A stretch of 64,000 nucleotides of DNA from assembly GCF_009834535.1 (NCBI RefSeq), contig NC_045696.1, positions 79,672,001-79,736,000 of the forward strand, in the 5' to 3' direction. Below the pieces are notes generated by a model that saw only the letters and a program-made list of their open reading frames with translations, was not told the origin of the DNA and made no database searches. Made by a program: the position numbers and the translations under genes. Below are positions 51,460 to 64,000 of the stretch, piece by piece. Source of the stretch: Camelus ferus (lineage: Eukaryota). Within the stretch, counting starts at the first letter, position 1; each line of letters starts with the position of its first letter.

Positions 51460-54400
51460 TTCTTTTATTTTTTAATGACAAAATGGTGTTGAGTTTTATG
51501 CCATCCTTTTGTTTATTTCTGCCTTTATTGAGATGATCGTTGGGTTCTTCTCTGTAATCTGTTAACAATGTGAACTATTTTACTGTTTCCTACTGTCAAA
51601 CTACTTTTTCATATCTATCTGGTTACTTGAATAGTATTCTAGTTGAGTTTGCTAATATTTTATTTGAATTTAATGTTATTAAGTGAATTGTCAGATAATT
51701 TTTCTTCCCTATCTAGTTTTGTTATCAAGTCTATAAATAAGGTGGAAAGCTTTTCCATTTTTCTTTTCTCTCAAATAGTTTGCATAAGATAGGGATTATC
51801 AATTTCTTGAAAGTTCCATAAAATCTTCCTATAAAGAAAAATTGGGCTTTGTAATTATTTGAATGGACAGCCAATCCTCATTGTTAGAGGATTCTGTTAT
51901 CTTTGAATTTGTCTAATCACTAAAATGTACTGTAACTTCAAACTGGATACTGACAGCTCTTTTTTACAGTTGTCATAGACATGTACAGAATTTTGGAAAA
52001 TCTCAGTCACTCAGTGTGAATGTTTCAACCTGAAGTCAAACCAGATGACACTCTGCCTTCTTATTCCAAGTCTCATATTGTAAACAAGTGTCCTTTTTGG
52101 GTCTATTTAGTGCCACATTTTTGTACTTTTAGGTGGTGATTTCACTGTTTAAAATAGCCCACAAGTGTAGTGCTAAGTGCTGTCTAACATTCCTAAGTCA
52201 CAGAAGGAGTGATGTACCTTAAAAGAAGTACATGTGTTAGATAAGCTTTGTTCAGGCATGTTATAATGCTGCTGGCCATAAGTTCAGTGTTAATGAATCA
52301 ACAGTGTATATTACACATGGTATCTTTATAAAAAAACACACATAAAACACATAAAACAAGACTATGTATTTATTACTTGATGCAAATGTTGTGACCAGAA
52401 GCTTGCAGGAATCTAACCTTGTATTTTCCCCTAAGAACAATGGTTCATGTTTCCTATTTCAGTGTTTACAGTGACTTTATAGAACATATCTACTGTGAAT
52501 AATGAGAACTGACTGTATTTTAAACTATTAATTCAAGTTCTTTAATGGCTACAGATGTACTAGATTTTTCTCTTTCTTTATGATCAGTTTTGTTAATTTA
52601 CCTTTATTCTGAAAATTACCCATTTCAAAAATTTGCTTTGTCACTGTAGATTTTTAAAATCTGTGGTTGTGTCTCTTTTTCCATTTCTAGTATGTTTAAT
52701 TTTGCTCTTTGGGTTTTTTTTTTTTTTCTTTGATCAATTTTATTAGATTGTTTGCTTATTTTATTGCAAGTCTTTTCTGATTTGGTTTTGTAAAACCTCC
52801 CATTGTCTCCTTGTCGTCTACTTTATTAACTCTTTTTTTTTTTTTAAATCTCTTGCCTTCTACCAGTTTGGGTCCTCATGATTTTTCATTTTCTAAGCCT
52901 GTAAGCTGAATATTACATTTCTTTGTCTTTTTTAACATATGAATTTAAATGTAAAATCTTTAGGTTATTTTACAAATTTTTATTTTCCTTTGTCATTCAA
53001 TTAGAATTATTTCAAAATTCGTATTATTATTTATTTTCTGAACTATGAATTTCTTAGAAAGGGTGGAGAGGTTTTGTTTGTTTCAGATTCCAAATATAAG
53101 GAATCTAGTTTGCTTTTTTCTCCAATTTCAAAATTCATTGCTTTGAGGTTATGAAATAAGAACTATATTATAATGATTTTGCAGATACTTATTTTGGGTT
53201 CTATTGCTTGCTCAGATTTGGTAAATGTTCCTTTTGTACTGGAAATGAGTTAGCATTTTCTATGAATGCCAGGTTCTCGTCATCAAATCAGCTCATTACC
53301 TACATTGTTTAAATTTTTAATATCCTCAATAATTGTTTTTGCCTGCTAAGGCACTCATTGTCAGAAAAGTGTGTGTTAAAATGAGCCATTAAGATTAGGA
53401 ATCTGCTCGTTTATCTTCTTCTGTCCAATGTGTGTGTAGGTTTATTTAATTGTAGGTATGTAATCATTGTGTAGCTTCTGTAAATGGACTGCTTCTTCTA
53501 TTAGATTTTCTAACTAGTTTCTAACTAGTTTTAGTGATATAGTTGAACTTTATTGATTTCAGTCTATGAAATTTATATATAATCAACTACTAAATTCTCA
53601 TTTGTCATAGTTTTTCAATTGATCCTTTTAGGTTTTCTAGGTAAACATGCACTTTGATCGCAATGATCCTTTTACATTCTACATGTATCTCTTGTTTTGA
53701 CCTCTTGTCTGATAGCATTGGCTACTACATCTATAACAATGTAAAATTATAAAAATGGTATCTGATATCCTTATCTTGTTTCTGCTTGTAGTGCTAACGC
53801 ATGATGCTGGCTTTGGGTTAACACATTATGCCACAACTATGAAAGTCTCATCTATTTCAATTTTAACATACTGTGGAATTATTCATCTATTACTATCTAA
53901 TCACAGTGTTAAGATGTTCATATTTTATCATATTATAGAAGTGTGCATTGATTCTTATTTTAGATATCAAATGTTATCTAATACATTTCAGAATGTATGG
54001 AGATGATCACCATTATTTTTCTTTTTTGATATATTTTAAGATTTCATAGAATATCCTTTTAACACTACTTAGTCTTAAGAACTGGGGGCTATGGAGGGTG
54101 AATGGATGTGTATTATTTGCTCTTTGAAACTTCCTTTGTTTTTACCATGGCAACTAGTCTGTGTGGGTTATGGAACTTTACTTGGGTTAATTTTGTAATT
54201 TTTATAAATAATCCACATGCATGAGAAAAGGCAGTGTTTTCAGGGCACTGATTTTTACATGTACCTTATCATTATGTTATTTAGCTTATGCATGGCCAGT
54301 AACATGTGAAATAAAGCCTTTCATTGCTGATATACTTCTATTTCTCTTTGTATTACTAGCAGCTTTTTAAAAACTGTTACTCTTTTCTCCTTAAAATATT
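51460..54400 (-). mobile_element. Old L1 (L1ME-class) ORF2 fragments, interrupted by MER82
   Basis: T-rich reverse L1 remnants ('aaatagtttgcataagatagggattatc', 'ttttttctttgatcaattt', 'tttaggttttctaggtaaac'). Confidence 0.7.
51868..52515 (+). mobile_element. MER82 (TcMar-Tigger), near full length
   Basis: Starts 'cagccaatcctcattgtt' and ends 'gaataatgagaactgactg' followed by TA. Internal 'actctgccttctt...tctcatattgtaaacaagtgtcc' and 'gtgttagataagctttgttcaggcatg'. Confidence 0.92.
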
Positions 54401-57400
54401 TTCAAATTATTTTTTTCCAGAGAACATTTCACTTGAAATGCAGAATTAGCGTGCCTGCTGAAACTGTGGCACTCGTAGAAATAAGACAAATTTCCTTTCA
54501 AAATCTCTGGAGTTCCTGACAAATGCAACATCAAGACGCAGACTGTAGAGAAACCACTGTTTTATAATTGTTTATAACTGAACTTTTAAGGGTCTATAAT
54601 GAATGTAGTGGGTTATTCCAAAGGGAAAGAGGGACTCCAAAGGCCAAGAAATAAAGAAGTCATCCTTTTTCTAGCCTCACTTCCTATAGATACAGGTCAT
54701 TCCTTTGACAAGGAGCTTATCCTTCACATTCACCCTAGTTCTCTTCACTGACCTGTCCCTGAAACTGGACCAGATTCTGTCAACAGCATTCGACTGTGTA
54801 AAAGGACACTAGTTGATGAGTAGTTAAATGGCATATATACCCAACTAATTATGTGTCAGTCTTAACCAACAAAATTAGACAGGAAGGCAAGGTATTATCT
54901 GTTGGTAATAATCTGTATTCAACATTGAACGAATAGATTTGATTAATTTCTAGGCTAATATATACATTTATACTCAGCTTGGCCCTGAAATTGTGTCACT
55001 TGGCATCCTCACTGGGCTTCTTATAATCACATCATCCATGTTCTGTGCTCCTATTTCTCTACGGTGAGCCTCCTATTTGATGTTAAATCCTCCCTGACTT
55101 TTGAGAATGAGAAGTCACCACCCTCTGTCAGCTTCCTGCCGCCTCCCTACAATTGCCACATTATATAAGTTCTTCCTCATCCCAGACAGATAGCTGTTAT
55201 CCTCCTTTCCTTCAATGCCATTGTCTCCCCATAAATCAGCAAGCAGACGAAACATGTGTGACAAAAATTATGTCTTCCCGAAAGCCCAACTGTACCAAAT
55301 TGCTGCTGCATTTAATTGTCACTGTATGAAGAAATGAAAACCCAGGATCTCTTGTCTCTCTCCCTCAGCCATGCCATCAGGCTGCCTGTCAACCTATTTG
55401 CAGTCAGGAATTTACAGTATTTCTTGTAAAGATTTCCTTACATAAATATTTTCTTTCCTAATTTTGGGCCACATTTTTCTCCCGACTTCTTTTTTTAACC
55501 CTGTTTCTCAGACTGAAAAGCCCATTCTAGCCTGGCACATTAAAAACAATCGACAGATGTTGCACCCATCACTGTGTGTTTTCTGTTTCTACACAAGAAC
55601 AGAAAATTGGCCGGGAAAATGAATCTCTGTTGATCTTCACTTAATGCTGGTACTATCAGTGCCTTCCTCGGAATGCACCTTTCTGTTCATCAGCCTCACT
55701 GTAAGCCAGCTGTCATGAAGACACTAAATTATTTCACTCCATGTCACACATCTTCTATCTGGTCAAACTGTACAAAGGCTGTCATGTTATTTTACAGTGT
55801 AACTGTCTAATAATATTGTCACTGGGTTGTTTTTTTTTTAACATTGTTTTTTGTTTGCCTTCTCTATTTTGAAGAGTTTTCCCCTAGTGTCTTTCCCGGG
55901 CATCTGACTTTTCTGAAAGTGAAAACACAACATCTGAAGATAAATAATTCCTGATGAAGATTTCCCCAAGTCAAACTGTTGCAAAAACTTGATAATAGTA
56001 ATTAAAATTCAATCTATACTTAGTATTTACATGATTATAAAAAAAGGCTTCTTTCAATGTAAGAGTATATACAAAGAGTAACTAAAACATCTACAGAAGC
56101 ATAGATTCAGTTTTGCAGATGTTTTATCATTTCGAGTGACTAAACAGCCATATGATTACGTGAATTACTTTACCTGACTCAACACATTCGTTTCCACTCC
56201 CTGACTTATACTTCAGTTGGACATTGGAGGAACACAGAAGAACTGTGAGATTCCTGACCCTCGTGTCTGGCTTCTAGTCAGTGAGACATAAATGAATTTA
56301 CTGTAAACAAATGGAGAATACAATTTATCTTTGAACATCTGTATCAGGAAGCTTTTCATTACAAGGAAGTAAAAACTGTAATTTAGTTGCCCAGAGTCTA
56401 TCATTTATCAGTCTTAAGGCTTATGTGTCCTTCAATATAAAAACATGAAACAGTACAAAACTCCACTCTTCTCTGCTGTTTTACTATAGTATTTCCACAT
56501 AATCAATGGTCTATAAACATCGAATAAATGAAAGACAGATTGAATGAGTACTGTGGTTATTTAGATGTCATTATTCTACTAATGCCCTGTAAGAATTTAT
56601 ATAACTGCCATTCACAAAAACTGTTCTGGGTATATATATTAAAGTTTTACTTTCATCTTTGTTTTGAGCCATTCAATTAAGAACAGTGAAACAGAATCGT
56701 AATTTAAATATTTCATATAATCAAGCGCATCCTAATCAAAGGACAGCTGTCTTATAGCCAATTCAGTGACTTCAATTTAATAACATTCATCTTAAACTCA
56801 TCTGAAAGTTCAATAAAAATTAGTCTCAGATAGGAATATAAGAAAACAGATCCCTTGGCTTTCTTTTGTATAAACATATGGAAACTCCAACCCTGGAGAA
56901 TTCATCTATTCTAACTAAAGCTAAGAATGTTGGGAGGAAAATAAGGCAGTCTTTAAACTTGCAAATTATGAAATGTAATTTCTTGTATTAGAAGAAGCCC
57001 CCTCATTTGTCTGCCTTATATCATTTAAGAGTTTATGATGCTGGTCGTGGTTATAAGAATGTAAAATAGAACATTTTCCATCAAAATATAAATGAACCTT
57101 GAAGAGTAGACAAGATTCTGACTGTGTTCTGGCTGCAGGCAAAGCTGGATGGAGCTATACAACCATGAGGGAGAACTGTTGTGTTTCAGAACTTGTTAGG
57201 GATGAACCTTAACCACAAAAGGAGATCTCTGATTTTAACGAAACAAAGTGTGGCATTGTATTGCCATGGTGCCTGGCTGGGGCCGTTGGGCAGGAAGACT
57301 CACACAGGTTTTCACTCAAAAATGATGTATAATTGAATCCAAATGAAAGGTAAAGCAGAACCTGAAATGCTTCCAGGCCATGACTAGGTGACCAGCTTCC

Positions 57401-57789
57401 CGAATGGTAAGACCCTGACATGGGTCAAGCAGCGGGCTTCTCGAATGAGTTCCAAGAGCCTGCGGTAGTTCTGTAGCCCTCCCTTTTTATCAGTCATATC
57501 TGCATAATCTGAGAACATTTTAATTTGAACAATATCACTTAGCTTTCCAGCAGATGAATGAATTGTCTGACCCAGCCAGAAAAGCCTTCATATTTAGAAA
57601 ACTCATTCACTATTACAAATTGTACTCCTAATCCAGAAAACAGCCTTCAAGTGCCTTGAGTTAAGATGCCCCCACAAACACCTGCCTACATTACTGAAAA
57701 GCCTGCCTGCTTGCTGTGCCCCAGAACCACAAGGAGGCCTGCCTCTCTGGAACAGAGAGCAAAACGGAGACTCGATACTGGAGAGTAAT

Positions 57790-57960
57790 GAATTCGGAGA
57801 TGTAGCAGGAAACCAGGCCACACCGGGTCTTACAAGCCATTGAAAGGACCATGGTTTTTACTCTTAAGAGCATAGGAAAACCATCGTAAGGTTTTGAGAA
57901 AGGAAATGACTTGATCTGACATATTTTAGAGTATGTCTCTGGCTGCTGTGTGCAGAACCA
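57790..57960 (-). mobile_element. L2 fragment
   Basis: 'tttttactcttaagagcataggaaaaccatcgtaaggttttgagaaaggaaatgacttgatctgac...tctctggctgctgtgtgcagaa'. Confidence 0.85.
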
Positions 57961-58064
57961 CTTCATTAAAATATCTGATGGTGGACCCCAATAAAAGTTA
58001 AATCCAAAGTCCTCCACAAACCCTTCATCCGCTTTACCTCTTCACATCACTAATCACACTTGAA

Positions 58065-59148
58065 CATTGTCCAGGACCGGAAGGACACGTACGGCAAACT
58101 CACACAGCATAGGTAATTGATGGGCAGGCATTGAAGGGGCTATTTACAAAGACTGGAGCAAGGTTAAGTAAAACTAACAGTCAGTGGTGAAATCACCCAG
58201 GGTTAGAAATAACAAGGAGCTGTTACCACCCTTTCTCAGCAGTGGGAAGGTGAATGGTGGCTACCAGAACCCAGAAGGAATGTCTGTAGCTGTAACAGGA
58301 TGCCTACAAGAGCCACATCTCTAAACAGAACTACAGGCGATCTGCAGCAACTTGCAGCAAAACTCTTATTTTGAAAACGCAAATTTGTTCCAATGTGATT
58401 GACATATTAGGGAACAATTTGAGCATAACTGAATCTGATGTGCGCTTATGCACACTTTCATCTGTGAGAAGTAAAAAGAGAAAACTGCACAGGTGAACCA
58501 TGCTGAATAAGAGTACACAAAAGCACACAGCACACCCTTCAAATATCTACCAGCTACCTCAGTTCACCATATGTGTTCTAAGCCACGTCCATTCACAGCT
58601 AGTGTTACAACTTTCCTTCCCATTTCAGATAATCCACCTTCCGCCACTTTATGTCAACAAATTTTGCATCTTTTCCAGTGCCCCCTTCTACAATCAAACT
58701 GCAGGTCCTTTCCAAGGCAAGGTGCCGTATTTATTGTAATACGTATGTGTATTTTTAATCATTTAACAGGTGTAAAACTGTGCTACAGTTTTTATTAGGT
58801 TCTCATCTTTCTGTGTGGGTATGTGTGAGTGTGTGATTCACAAAGATTTTGATGCTCTGTCTCAATCCCATTTTCCCATAACCCTATGGTTTTTAATTGC
58901 ATGATTTTACACAGTGTGGTGATTTTAGTACCTCAAATGTCCTGCAAAACTAATCGTACATACCGAGATCTCACTCACATCCTTCCTTCCGGTTTTAGCC
59001 AATTCCTCTTACTAACCCAAACCAACAGGAAACCAAGGCAAAGAAGTCCAGGGTTACACTCTATAAAGGTCTGCCTCCTGGGGCACAGGGCCGGGTGGAG
59101 AAGGGTGGAGAGTGGATCTGAAAAGGCAAACCGAAAGCATGCAGCACA
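58065..59148 (-). mobile_element. ERVL LTR (LTR40-like), split by Tigger13a
   Basis: Left part 'ggggctatttacaaag...ggagctgttaccaccc...taccagaacccag'. Right part 'gggtggagaagggtggagagtggatctgaaaaggcaaa...cagcaca'. Confidence 0.75.
58345..58956 (+). mobile_element. Tigger13a-like DNA transposon
   Basis: 'ttttgaaaacgcaaatttgttccaatgtgattgacatattagggaacaatttgagcataac', 'atctaccagctacctcagttcacc' and 'ccattttcccataaccctatggtttttaattgcatgatttt'. 3' flank is TA. Confidence 0.85.
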
Positions 59149-59187
59149 GAAACCTTCTTTTGTTTAAAAATTCTTTTTCGATTTCTA

Positions 59188-59360
59188 GTGTCTTGCTGCT
59201 CAAAATGTGGTCCAGGGATCAGTAACGTCAGCATCTTCTAGGAGCATGTTAGAAATGCAGAGTGTTGGCTCTCGCCTTAGAACTACTGAATCAAAGCCCG
59301 CCTTTTAACAAAATCCCTCCTCAGGTGACTCATACACACATCAAAGTTTCAGAGACACTG
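59188..59360 (+). mobile_element. MER5A/B MITE
   Basis: 'ctcaaaatgtggtccagggatcag...cagcatc...gttagaaatgcaga...ctactgaatca...caggtgactcatacacacatcaaagtttcagagacactg'. Confidence 0.85.
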
Positions 59361-59859
59361 TTCTCCAATCTTATTACATTTGTTCTTCTCCTATCTCCCA
59401 CCTCATTGGCCACTGCCTTGCTGTGTCCTTTCCTAGTGTCTCTTCTAACTCTGTAACACGTTCACTTGACTGGTCTGTAATTTAAAGAAATTTCAGTGGT
59501 AGAGTGAACTTTGGCTTCAATGAGATCATTTTCATCCTCGAAACTAGCTCTAAGATGACCAAAACTAAAATAAATCTATCCCCAAAAAAACAAATCAAGA
59601 CCCTTAGAGTCAAGCTTAACTCATTAACACTAAGTCAAATACCAAATACTGTCTGTCAGCTTGCAAGAAAAATACCATGAGACCCAGAGGCTAATCAAAA
59701 TGAACTCAGAATCAAGTTATTGATATGGAACTTTTACCTTTTTAAAACAGCAAAGCCTAAGAAACAGAGTTAGCTATGAATTCCTCATTAATTAAATTCA
59801 GTAAACAATTTTATCTTAGAGTTTATTTTCAACACCATTCAACTGAAAGCCATGTAATC

Positions 59860-61040
59860 TTCACCTTCCCTCTCCATCAGCAGCAGCCCCAAAAGATCCC
59901 CCTGGTTACCTAGTCTCAAATCCTGAGGATTATGTGTGACTCATTTCTTTTTCTTGATCTCACTCTTGGAAGCCAAACAATCATTGAATCTTAACATTCT
60001 TTCTCAATTGTGTTCATTCTTATCTTGCATGCATTCTTTCCATTCCCATTTGTAATTTTCTGGTTCACAGCCTATCACCCCTTACCATGGGATACACGAA
60101 TAACCTCCTAAGTGGTCCTCTTAAACTGATTATTTCCTCACATCAGTTAGTTCTACCCAAACCTCCAGGAGGTCATTATTGCCTCCAGAATAAAATTTAT
60201 GCCTATCCCAAAATTCATGATTTCTGATCATTTTTCGATCCCGAACTAGCATTCCAACTTGTGTCGGAACCTGCATGGTATCCTTCACAGCTCTATCACC
60301 AACCATGGATGAGGCCACAGGTCTCTGTTCAGGCATCTCTGACTCCACAGAGGAGCACTTCTGGAGAATTCCCCAACATCTATTTATTATGTGCACACCT
60401 AAATGTGTTCCTTTCATCCTGTTCTCCTTATAGGCAGTCCCTGTACTTCACATACAGTTGTCTGGGCTGCCTACTTTGATTTCCATTTGTTTTTGTCCTT
60501 GGTGTTGTTTTTGCAGATGCCCCTTGATTCCATGCTTCAACGTCACAGATCATACCAGTACTTCCAGAGCTCTACCATGAGAAACCTCAGCTCAACTCAG
60601 TGTACCTGGACACTTTCTTTGGTTGAAAAAGATCTAGAAGACTTCTTTCTAGTCTTTCTACTTATTTAACCAAAGTAGTTACTTAAGCAGAACTTGCCCC
60701 ATTTTATTCTCCATGAATTTTCTTCTCTGAAAACTCAAATTGTTTCCATCTTTCAAGAACCTGCTGAATTCCACTTTCTCTGTAAAGGGTTGAATTTCAC
60801 ACCACTTCAGCCACATCAGTTAGCCCTCCTTTCTTCACCTCCAGGTACTTTTCATTTTCTTGTATCAGTCTTTATTTGTCAGTTAGGACTCCTATTTTAA
60901 GACGTCAGGTTAACCTTTCCTGAATTGCTTAGCTCACGTTTATGCCTTATCTCCCTAATAAGGAAGGGGACAGTGTGTAATTTTTCTTATAGGCCTTAGA
61001 AATTTTCCATGTGCTCAATAATATTTTTTGTTGAAGTCAC
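59860..61040 (+). mobile_element. L2 fragments (degraded, discontinuous)
   Basis: 'taacctcctaagtggtc', 'attgcctccagaataaaatt' and the 3' end 'tgtgctcaataatatttttttgttg'. Confidence 0.6.
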
Positions 61041-61689
61041 AGCAATTTCTCTGATTTGTTTAATGGAAGAGTCTTTTTTCTTAGTGGAAAATATAGACCC
61101 TGAATCCTGTAAAGGTGCATGCAAATACTAAGACTCCTACCCCCATGCTGACAGATTAACAGTGTTTTAGAAAGTTACCATTAAGGATCCAGTTCAAGTC
61201 TACTTTTCATTAAGTTTTAATCCCACAGCAATTTCCTTTCCCAGCGTCCATTCTTAGTCATCATGCTTTCATAATGCTATTTAACTTTAACCATTAAGGA
61301 ACGAATCAAAACAAATCCATAATCAAATTGACACTGAAGTTATAAATGCTGCCTTTCCGTGCAAAACCTTTTATCTTAAATCTGTCGGGAGCGTGTCTAC
61401 TTTGACAAATTGTTCATAACTTTATTTCACTAAAACTATCATTTAAAGGTACATGCAGAGATACATCTACTTCATATACATGAATATTTAATTTTATATG
61501 CATGGGTAAAATAGAGAACTAGTTTCTTCTAATAAATTATAGTAAGTTTTAATATAAGAAATCTTCTAAAAGTTTCCAATATTTGAGATATTAGGTTTAA
61601 AACAATAAATTTGGAATAAGCCTGTAACATATTATAATAAGGTTTACAACAAATATATTTGTGATTGATTTTTATTTAATTAAGAAAAT

Positions 61690-61895
61690 ATTATACAGTG
61701 CTTACTATGGGTTAAACACTGTTCCAGCTGTACAAATATTAACTCATTTAATCTTCATAATAATGCCACGAGCTAGGTATTATTCTCATATCCATTTTAC
61801 AGGTGGGAAATTAGGCACAGCTAGTTCATGGTAATGGCAGGATTCACACCCAGGCAGTTTGGCTCGTCTGGGCTCTTAACCATTACATACTGTTG
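61690..61895 (-). mobile_element. MIR SINE
   Basis: 'gtgcttactatg...attaactcatttaatcttcataataa...ccattttacaggtgggaaattaggcacag...gctcttaacca'. Confidence 0.9.
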
Positions 61896-63729
61896 CTCCT
61901 CTTGTGAAAAAACAAAAAATAATGTTTTGGAATATTTTGAGTATAAGTATAATTTTACGTATAATTATGTTTAAATATATTATTATATTTTGAGTATAAT
62001 TATTCCTCTGTCTATATCCAAAGTCACTTTTCTATCTACAGAGACCACATACCAGAGTGTGAAAACTCAACCCTCACTAGAGCCACAGAAACTCATCTTC
62101 ATTCAACCTGGTGAATCATGTTTTTTCTATTATAGTTTTCATCAATCCTTATGTGACTTCTGGGTCTGCCAAAGGGTCCTGGCTTCGCCTGCTCAGTTCT
62201 TGGTCTTCCCCATCCCTTTAAAGGAGTTTCTGCTGTTGCCATGTCAGTTTTTTGGATTTCAGCATTGCAGAATTGAAGGAAAGGTCAAAACATAGGAAGG
62301 TTATAACTCTGCTGGTAGACCGTGGAAAGAAATACAGTGGCTGTGAAAGAGGAACCGTGAGCTGTGATGGTGAAGGTGGAAGATGAGGGCAAGCTGGCTG
62401 CAGAGGAGTCAAGAGGAGAAGTCTGTGTTTAGGGGTGGGGGATGGAGAGAAATGGAAGGGACAGAAAGTCATGAATGAGCAGAATATCCTCTCAGCTAAT
62501 ATTACAACTAGTGAATGTTTATTAGGTGCTTACAATGAGCCAGTTCATTAAAGCTTACTTATTCCTTTTTAAAGCACTATGAGGTAAGAACTTAGAGACG
62601 TAGGGTTTTAGAGAATAGGAGGCAACCTAGGATTTTTATAAGTTTTTCTGTGAAACATGGCTCCTTCCTGATATTCTTCTAGAGAAATGAAGAAACAATG
62701 ACATTCTTATTTAGACTATACATTTTTGAAGGAGCAATTACTCTGTGATTGACCCATTTGGGTCACAGCTTCAAAAGATGACACAAGTAATCAATTTTAC
62801 ATAGATTTCTGATTCCTTAGTTTTAGCTATGAATACAACAGACCTTCTCTTTGCTATCCAATATTGGAAATGTCTTTACTTTATAGGAGTGAAGGGCCTA
62901 ATTTAAAAAAACTCTAAAGACAAAAATACTCAAAAGATGATCTTCAGTAAATTCTAAGAATTAAGCCATGGTCATTCTCTGCAGTAGGGACAAAGAATAA
63001 AGCAAATGAAAAAAGAAAAGTTGATTTTTTCCCCCAATAATTTGGGAATATAATTATTTAAACCTAGGAGAAAGACCCCCCCAGGTTTTAAAAGGAAAAG
63101 AAACCACACAATCAGAATTCAAATTTTACTTCAAACTGTATTTTTTTTAATTTACTACTGGAATTAAATTAGTTTTCAATTAACTTCTCTTTTATTGTAT
63201 TTTCTTTGATCCTGAGGAAGACACAAACTTTACTTTATTGACTGTAATTGTTTCTCTTTTAGAAATACTATATCTGGATGATAGTATTGGTAAGTGGGTT
63301 TGCACTTCCATAAATAAATAGATTTACGCTCACTTCAGAGAGTCAAAAGAATACACTCTAAAACATACACTTGAGTACTTGTCTGATGAGGGGTTCCTTT
63401 GTGCTTTGGCTACCCACAGGTTGTCTTGTTTACCAAGACTCATTTTCTTTCTTTTCTTTAATTGAAGGAGTAAAAAGCCCTAGGAATTTTAAGGGGACAG
63501 CTATTCTCAGGCCCGAATGTTATCTTATTAGTTTTGGCTTTTAAATGTGTTTCATTTTCATTTTCATTGCAAAGGCAAACTTCTATCTCCTTGATCTTTA
63601 AAATCATGTGTCTGAATTATTTTAATTCATGTAAGCATAGCATAACACTTTCTATTGCACCATTTTCAGATTACTATTTTTTTTACCAGTTGCCTTTTCA
63701 AAATGATAAAATAAAAAAGCACAGATTTG

Positions 63730-63935
63730 CATAATACTCATACTTTCAAATCAATTTCACATACGTTGGCTCATTTTCTCCCTCCAAAGCTTTATGAGGT
63801 ATGGAGGCTGGTATTATTTTCCATACTTTATAGATAATGAAACTGAAGTACAGAGAGTTTAACATACTTGCCCAAGGGCATATAGCTAATAAATGATAAA
63901 ATAGAACTATAACCCAGGTCTTCTCTTTTCTGATC
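63730..63935 (-). mobile_element. MIR SINE (MIRb/c-like)
   Basis: 'tttatagataatgaaactgaagtacagagagtttaacatacttgcccaagggcatatagctaataaatg...aacccaggtcttct'. Confidence 0.88.
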
Positions 63936-64000
63936 CACAAAATAATAAATCATATGTGTTTTTTCAAGCCTTAGTTTCTATTCCAACCAAGCTTTTACTA

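Noticed and set aside
36345..53531. Short tandem duplications (aaatgtaagtaa x2 at ~36345; aagttgcaaag x2 at ~46127; ttctaactagt x2 at ~53510)
   Set aside because: Ordinary slippage duplications inside decayed repeats, with no array structure.
1..64000. CRISPR arrays, operons, tRNA/rRNA/snRNA genes, CpG islands, young tRNA-derived SINEs, or a novel multi-gene system
   Set aside because: None seen by eye. There are no regularly spaced repeats, no long non-L1 ORFs and no recognisable RNA gene motifs. The remaining 60-110 aa ORFs are consistent with chance.

Overview
This is AT-rich mammalian non-coding DNA, either intergenic or deep intronic. It has no CpG island, no recognisable host protein-coding exon, no RNA gene and no CRISPR or other prokaryotic feature. 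It is probably from a camelid artiodactyl. That is an inference from the 3' UTRs of two young L1s, a Tigger2a_Art-like MITE, and no visible Alu, Bov-tA or PRE-1 SINEs. Much of the window is layered transposon debris: two young 5'-truncated L1s with clear target-site duplications (11.4-13.4 kb and 14.1-15.3 kb), a ~8.5 kb ancient L1 fossil with nested insertions (38.7-47.3 kb), MaLR/ERVL LTRs, L2, L3/CR1, MIR, and hAT/Tigger DNA elements. The only ORFs with recognisable products are broken L1 ORF2 pieces. Family names are from my recollection of consensus sequences and were not checked by search. I found no convincing novel biological system. The best leads are small: a TATA + short exon + splice-donor module at ~26.8-27.0 kb, a TGACA motif cluster at 54.5-55.8 kb, a 6-bp poly(A)-only retrotransposition scar at 7.3 kb, an unidentified ~450 bp insertion at 44.2-44.6 kb, and CTCF/ETS-like sites.
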